Assembly: GCA_052426225.1 (NCBI GenBank)
Contig: JBNJNM010000010.1
Location: 1,364,001 to 1,428,000, forward strand
DNA: 64,000 nt
Origin: Zancudomyces culisetae HAW-14-8
Taxonomy: Eukaryota; Fungi; Kickxellomycota
Direction of reading: 5' to 3'
The notes beneath the pieces were generated by a model. That model did not search any database and was not told where the DNA came from. It worked only from the letters and a program-made list of their open reading frames with translations. The stretch's first letter is position 1; each line of letters starts with the position of its first letter. This document shows positions 56,858-64,000 of this stretch, piece by piece. A program made the translations under genes and the position numbers.

Positions 56858-59374
56858 TCACTCTGCCTCTTCTGAAATTAACCCCTCATACTCCAAGTCT
56901 GCAAACTCTGTCCATGGATTACGTCTATTCTCCAGAAACTTGATTCTTAACTCTACGATTTCTTTGACTGTCAGCTTGCTTTTCTTTATGTTTTTTTGCG
57001 AAAAGTCGCTATTTTTTTGGTTTGTTTTTCCATGATCATGGTCAGTACCATTCTCATTGTCACTACTGCTGTCACCACCATTTGTGTTATACGCCGCAAG
57101 CTTCAGCGCCATAAACTTTGCCAACTGTTTGTGTAACGCACTGGCGCGGTTCTCATGCTCATAAAACCGATACAAGTTAATAAATGCATCAAAGAAAATA
57201 GGCCTCAGATCATATTTAAGTTTCTTGATGTCGCTTACAGTTACCTTCCCTATCTCCTTTGGTCTGACCATATCTATCAGCTGACATGTAATATCTGCCA
57301 GCGTTATCTTCTCACCGTTGTTATCTATTTCCATTTTCTGACATATTTCTTCGTAGAAATACTCCAACTCATAAAGGCTAAGAATTCCATCTTCATCCAA
57401 ATCAAGTATCCGAAACCAATACCCCACTGCCGTCTCACTTCCTTTGTCGATTTCTGCAACCAAAAACCAAACAAAATCACCGTAGTCCATCGCCTTTTTC
57501 TTATGCCTTTTCTCTCCACCATCGCCCTCTACAACCAAACTTGCTTTTGGCTTTCCTTTACCATTCAGTATACGCGATATCACCCGTTTCGGTAATGCTC
57601 CATCAAAGTACCTTTTCAGGTTTTTGCCGCAAATATAACCATCCTTGTCTTCATCCAATTCATAAAAACTACAAAATATAACGTAAAAGTGTTTGTACGA
57701 AAATACACTGGGATGCTCTACATTTACATCGATGCCTAAATCCTCTATCCCCTTTAATATTTTTAACATATTGACTTTCTTGTATTGTCTATACCCCATC
57801 TTGTCCCCTATATAACTATTTGCCTCGTAAAATATCCGCTCTATTATCGTTTCGCAGAATTTCTCTTCAAATACTGCGTGACCTTCCAGAAATTTAAGTT
57901 CGGTATGGTTCTCTATTACATCATACACTATATCTCTCAGATCTGCCCTTTTTGCATACCCCTTGTCTCTGCTTATTATATCAAACAGTATTTTTTCCCT
58001 ATCATCCTCATGTTTAACCCTTAGCTTCCGCCAATATCTATTTTATCTCAATTTTCTTAATAAATAATTCCTTAAAATAAATGGTGACACCTAATCGTAT
58101 GAATGTTGCTCTACCTGCTAAACTCTAGAAATCCATTATGCACCTCTTTGTTGTTGTCGCTACCCCATCCAAGCTCTCTCATCTTTTTGTACATTATTTT
58201 GTTACAATATCTCGGCATTCCCAAGATCTTTGTCACATTGACAAACTCTTTTTCTTCAATCCCGAAACTCTCTTGCTCTTCAAAATAGTCCTGCATTCCC
58301 CGCTATATTATTTACGCTCTCTTAATATTTTGCTTTTCTTACGCCTGTAATCTTATTATGAAAATGTTATACATATGACAAGTAAATGTTTGTTTTTTCT
58401 TACCATTTCCATTTCTATCTCCCTTTCAAGGACAGTCTCCCCTGTTGTACCGGTATCCGCATAAGAACCCTCAACCACTATTTAAAATAAAGTGAGTTGA
58501 ATTCCTGTCTCTTGTAAAAGTAAACTAAATATCTGAAATTTATCCAATGACTATGATTTCTTTTACCCCTTCTTTGGGTAAAGCAAATATACATTATGAC
58601 TTTGTCAAGTATGCAAAGTATTTTTACCTGTGCTTTCCGTTGACATTCGCTGCTTTTTTTTTCTACTTTCCGCTTTTAGAGCCTCAAAATCAAAATTGAA
58701 AACAAGATCTTCACCTCTTATTTCCTTCTTATCCACTCTTGCCATACTCTCCATCTCACTAAACTCTTCAGATATTCTATCCAATACTTCACAGTCATTT
58801 TTAGCCCTTGACCGATTTATTAACGGCGATAACATCACCAAGTCTAGATTCATTTATGAAAAGGTATTGCTTTTATTCTTTGTATCACTACATTACTTCC
58901 CTTCGTCCTTTCCCCGCCATTTTATGTGCCCACACAGCAACAAGCAGACATATAATAAAGTATTAGTACAATAGAATCGTATATATTACCTTTCGTTAGC
59001 TCATCCTTGATTCTGTTAACCTTATTTGAAAGCCCTTCAAGCTTGCCTTTGTTTACAAGTGGGCTAAGAGGTGGAAACGTGTCGTTTGCAGAAACAGGCG
59101 AGCCAAAGATTACTTTCTTTTTGATGCTTTTGCTCGCTTTGGCCGATCTCTCTATTTCTGTACTCAACCCTTCAAGCAACCGCTGCCCAGAGACCTTGGA
59201 TTGCGGTGACCACCTATTCCCTACCTCGCACAATTCATCCACCACGAGCTCCTTAACACCTTCTTCCATTTCTGACTCTAATTTCGTCAGTTTTTTACTC
59301 GATTTGTCGGGTGTTTGTGGTGGGTCCACCTCCCCCCTGCTTGCTTCAATTGATGAATTATCTATCTTTAACAT
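56858..59374 (-). CDS. PP2A regulatory subunit B'' (PR72/PPP2R3, EF-hand). Exons ~59374-58990, 58843-58628, 58477-58404, 58302-~58115, ~58037-56858; start codon uncertain
   Basis: FSYKHFYVIFCSFYELDEDKDG, MDYGDFVWFLVAEIDK and YWFRILDLDEDGILSLYELEYFYEE motifs. Upstream exons join in frame via GT-AG introns. Confidence 0.88.
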
Positions 59375-60367
59375 TTGTCCGTCACAAAGTGTTTCCCTGT
59401 ATACTTCCAAATGGTTGATATCTGCGTGGTAACTAGAATCCTTGCAGTTGTTTCTAACTTGGTGGTATTACAGTTTTATGTTTGCTGCTTGCAGGTTATG
59501 AAAATAGTATATGATAGTATCTTATATTATTGATTTATACAGCACATTGAATAGTAAAAGAATAAATCCCGTAATATCATGCTAAATAACTAAATATTTG
59601 TTTGTCTTTGCTTATTAAATGCTTAATGTAAACAAAATCAGAAAAAGCATTTCAAAAAATTTTTTTGTCCAACAATTAGCTATTGTTTGCGCCTATACAA
59701 CCGGAAATAAAAACCATAATCAAGTGGATTAAGCTCGTTTTTTTTTCTTATTGCAACCATTTTTTGACCAATAAATACAAAAACCCACCAAAAAAAAATC
59801 TCTGGCATCCTCACATTCTGTAACATCACTGCCATCAGCTCAATATTAAACCAAGCAAGCGTTTCCAATCCCAGTGAGGTCCGCATAGCTCTAACCCAAC
59901 ACTTTTGCTTGTACATGTTCCTCATGCTTTGCAAAACAAAGCAGGAACCAAGTAAGTAAAACCAACCAGGTCTCACGTTTCTAGCCATATTTCTGAACAC
60001 ATCCTCCTAGTATTTGGGTTCATGGCTACAATATGTACTGGTAGCGTTGTAAACGGCCATCAGTGTTGCCCATTTTTTTCTCTTACAACACCTGAGTCCA
60101 CTTTCATGGTTGTAAGGCTAAATACTCGATACTGGTATATGACCACTTGTCAAAAGTGCAATCATAAAGAGCATTCCAGCTCAGATATACGCATATTATT
60201 TTTGAATGCTTTCACCCATTCCCTTCTCCTTGTATTTCGTTTTCACACAAACACAATTTTAATAGGATACTTCTATTGTAAATACACATATATATAAAAT
60301 ATAATACACCATCTATTCTACTGCAGATTCATTCCTTTCGCACCTCAAAAATCAACTAAAACATATA

Positions 60368-60962
60368 TCAATTCGGTTTGATTAGCATCCGCAAGTGGGT
60401 ATCAAACATTTCGGATTTGATTGGCATCTCTGGCGTATGAAACGGATTTTTCAGCACGTAGTCACTGTAAATCTCGTAAACTTTTTTGAGTACAACATCT
60501 ACATGATTCTGGTCGGGATCTGAAACAACAATAAACATCACGCCTATTTATGTGCAATAGAAGAACGTTTGGTATTATGCCAGCTTACATTAATTATGAC
60601 ACTTTTCATCTCTTTGTGAACGATGGTATTCTCATCTTCATCTTTTTTTCTGTACACCTGAGACCATAACACCCTTCTTCAGCTACTAAAACCTGAATAT
60701 AGAAAGAAAAAAAAACAAGCATACCTGTTGGTGTCTGGTAGCAATGCATATTTATGTTATCTGTCTCAATTAGTTCTATCCCGGATGATGCAATGTTCTC
60801 TCCAGCATGTGGAGAAATCCTCGAAGCGATTGCATATATTCCATGAAAGGTTCCTGCCATAATCAGATACTCGTTTGAATTCAGTTTCGCCAGCCCTTCG
60901 TTGTAGGTTTTGTTGTAAATCAGACCCCCGGCCTTGTTTATTATAAACAGGGAATAAATCAT
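60368..60962 (-). CDS. TRS23: TRAPP complex subunit Trs23 (TRAPPC4/synbindin). Exons 60962-60725, 60543-60368
   Basis: MIYSLFIINKAGGLIYNK...LNSNEYLIMAGTFHG...CYQTPTG|VMFIVV...YEIYSDYVLKNPFHTPEMPI. Confidence 0.95.
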
Positions 60963-61252
60963 TTTTCTGTTACTTTTCTTTGAGTTCGGCTGTCCTCTCT
61001 GTAAAGAGATAATATATTTAATCTGTTGAGTTGAAACAAAAAAAATGAACAAGGAGGGTCTAAAGTAGCAACACAACAATTAAAATAAGTTATGAAAATT
61101 TGCCAATTATGTAAAACCCCAGACCAAACAGAAAGCAAGGCCAAACCCAAATGCTGGCAAAATAAATTCTGAACTGTTTAATTATCTCTTTTTTGGATTG
61201 CTTTTAGCATTGAAGTTGAATTCCAGCCATTAAATGCAACAAAAATACAAGA

Positions 61253-61606
61253 ATGACTTCAGAGGATTCCAACAGTAGTAAAGAAAAAACTGACGGGCTG
61301 GGAGATGATAGTCCCCTTGACTCACTTGAAATTGGAAACATGCGCTTGACTGAGTTTTTGGACGAAATAAAATCAAACATTGACAACATAACCCTTGGCT
61401 CCGAAAATCTTGTGCCCAGCCAGCAACAGGATTCTGTAAATGGAGCCGAAAAATCTGACATTGCATCTCTGTACTCGAGTATTTCAAAAACCGAACAGGC
61501 AATGGATCATGTTGAATCTCGGCTGGACACGATCTTGAAAATGCTTGATGACGTGATTAATGAAGCTAAACCTGAAAATAACGCAGATTCGACCAACATC
61601 GAATAG
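61253..61606 (+). CDS. Small acidic coiled-coil protein (117 aa)
   Basis: ATG-initiated ORF divergent from TRS23, with a heptad pattern ISKTEQAMDHVESRLDTILKMLDDVI. Confidence 0.7.
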   Translation: MTSEDSNSSKEKTDGLGDDSPLDSLEIGNMRLTEFLDEIKSNIDNITLGSENLVPSQQQDSVNGAEKSDIASLYSSISKTEQAMDHVESRLDTILKMLDDVINEAKPENNADSTNIE

Positions 61607-61997
61607 TTTTAAACTTTTTTTATCAATATACAGAGGAATCATTTAGCTGCATATACAACGTAGTGTAAACGGTAGCCAAAATGTTAACAGCGTGGTCAGA
61701 GGTACGAAAAAAAAAGTGTACCGCTAGTGATTGGAAGTTTCGCTTTTAGCCTTACATATAATGTTTTTGGCCTCCTGTATTGTAAAACAAATTGTACATA
61801 GGTTTTTATTAATAATACTATAACAAACTATTTAACTCTTATAAAGAAGTAATATTCGAAACCAAGTGATCTTGCAATTTGAATTGTTTTTGTTATTTAG
61901 GGAGTTGTGTTAAATAGTTTGTAGACACAGTTGCAACGTGTTTAGGAAAAAAAGTTATGAGTGGCGGAAACAAGAATTTCTCTCGTTTTCAAATATA

Positions 61998-63105
61998 TCA
62001 GTCGAAGCTCGCTAACCACAAAATTTCCATAAACACAGAGAGTAACTCCAAAGCTCCTACAGCTATACCACACGATACGCCAGCAGTAAACATTGCGCAC
62101 CTATTCAAAATAATACATTGTTGATGTCATTTAATGTATTGAATTAATATGTTTCCTAATCTCCAATAAACCATATAATAAATATTGTAATCAAGATTTA
62201 CCATCCGCCATAACCCTTGACAGTCTTAAATGCACATTCGACAACCAGTATCGAGACTGCACACATTCCGGCCCAGAGGAGCACCAATATGACATTTATT
62301 CCTATAGTTTGTCTCTTGTAGCCAGACGTTGCCCTATCATACGATTTCTTAGACATTATTTTAAATATCACCCGGAAAGAAGCGATTAATGACACAGACG
62401 CAATCACAGCCATTGGTATTTGACCAGCAACATAGTTGTTAGGTCTAGTATTAGATACCTATAGAGTTTGGCAATATCAGCAGTGTTAGTAGTAGTGATA
62501 GCAATATTTTTAATAAGTGCAAATAAAATCATGGTATAAAACGGAAAATTCATCAATACTAGTCTTTTGATTTGGAGTGTTAGATATCGCTGTCTTAACG
62601 ACGTCACTATTTTTACACTTTTAAAAAAACGACTGCTGATACGTGTACTTACGCTATTTGAACCGAAAGTGAATCCCAAACATGCAATACAGAGAAGTAC
62701 AATCAACACCTTGAACAGCAGCAAATAAAATCGAACTTTGCGTCGTTTTGCTCCCTTTTCTTGTAGTGTAGCTTTAGATGAGTTGACCTCTACCGTCCCA
62801 AGTACGTGGCTTTGCGTACCAGAGCCGCCATGTTTTTCACTTGTAGCTCCACTCTTTCCGCTTTTTACGGTGCTGGCTTTCATCGATTCACTGTCCGTAG
62901 CCCGTCTATCCACATGTACGCTAGCTGGCGTGGAAATAGCAGCATCATCCGTTCCTACTACAATACTCGTATACTGTTCCGATATCTCAGCAGACCGCAT
63001 CTCACTATTAGCTGAAGTGTCAACACCTGTGTCATACGCCGATTGTGGTGGATTTGCCTTCCCCTTTTTGCTTTTTCTCCCCATTATTTTTCTAATAAAT
63101 TTCAT
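61998..63105 (-). CDS. Four-TM MARVEL-like membrane protein (270 aa). Exons 63105-62653, 62458-62202, 62100-61998
   Basis: The introns GTAAGT...ACTAAC...TAG and GTAAAT...TAG give an 813-nt open CDS. It has a disordered N-terminus, four hydrophobic helices, and a Cys pair in the last loop (ECAF...GGWCAMF). Confidence 0.75.
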
Positions 63106-64000
63106 TTTTAAAATCAGATGAGCGTCAAGGAGTTTAGTAGACGTTTGTTAATACTTAAATATCACAATTAGATATAATCTTTTTCTGAATTATCAATAGA
63201 GCAAAGAAAATAATAAAATAGCCTAGTAATTGATAATCTTCAACACTTTTGAAAACGAGGTAATTATTGAAAAGGATATTAAAAAAAAGCACAAAGCAAT
63301 TTTATAAGATTTAAAATGATGTCTTTGAATACAAACACAATACATGCAGTGCTTAACCAAGGCATTGGAGCCACCTACTCCCTTGTTCATTTAGTACTTA
63401 ACGCATACTTACTCTGTTTATCGTTTTCTAGTTATCGAAATATGTTCGTCTTGAAGTTGTTTGTCTAAACAAACTTTGTTTGAAAGAGGTATTATTTGTA
63501 TATCAAGTATATTAGGGTAAATATTTAACAGTACTAGTAAATAAAAGGTTTATTATCTGGTCTACTATATGGTCCGTAATAGGAGTGTCTCTATTACATA
63601 CCAAACTCTTATCTTAGCTTTTTGTGTTTGTTTTTTTATGACTCTAAGATAGTTGAGCTATTGATTGGACTTTTTGTATATACATTGGATTAGTTATATA
63701 TCTTTATATTAAGTTGTATTATATCAGAAAAATAAGAACACCAAACTAGAAACATTAAATATAGTGCTACCCCCCGATATTTATATCTCACAATGACACT
63801 TGTTACACACAACTGTGTTTGGCAAACACATTCTTAACGTATCTGCTTTTATTTATCGTCTTGGTTGAATAAAAGACTGCAGCAACTAACAAAAGCTGTA
63901 AACAACACATTTTTACTTGTCAGTATTTGCTATCAAATAACCATTTGTGCGCTAATCCACTCTGTCCACTGAGCTTGTTGGGTTTTTTTAATATCATTTC

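Noticed and set aside
1-64000. tRNA, rRNA, snRNA, TPP riboswitch, transposase/RT, or a biosynthetic gene cluster
   Set aside because: No diagnostic motifs were seen by eye, and neighbouring genes are functionally unrelated. Infernal, tRNAscan-SE and RepeatModeler would be needed to exclude these formally.

Overview
AT-rich (roughly 35% GC by eye) eukaryotic nuclear DNA with short GT-AG spliceosomal introns and CTAAC-type branch points. The gene content is fungal (CLA4, SIT4, YCF1, SLM1-like, COY1, DOT1, GLE2/RAE1, ZRT3-like, ADA1, TRS23). It also includes genes typical of early-diverging fungi and animals (PP2A B''/PR72, animal-type LMBR1) and a CBM19 secreted protein. This points to Zoopagomycota, possibly Harpellales insect-gut fungi (Zancudomyces/Smittium); that assignment is inference. 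I reconstructed about 22 protein-coding genes, many by hand across introns the ORF track fragments. I found no rRNA, tRNA, CRISPR array or recognisable transposon. The most notable items are: (1) a hidden 3-exon secreted protein with (A/S)PAKPEY(N/K/R) repeats, a His/Gly/Lys-rich segment and a chitin-binding CBM19 module, a candidate holdfast/adhesive protein; (2) a secreted 2H phosphoesterase; (3) a BAR-SH3 protein ending in a Cys/His motif resembling the PEAK1/Pragmin/MPRIP N-terminus; (4) a 1699-aa LMBR1/Lilipod-type protein; (5) a Sit4/PP6 ending in YFI instead of the methylatable YFL; (6) a mucin-like precursor carrying a Kex2-releasable crystallin-like domain. All family assignments come from motif recognition by eye; no database search was run.
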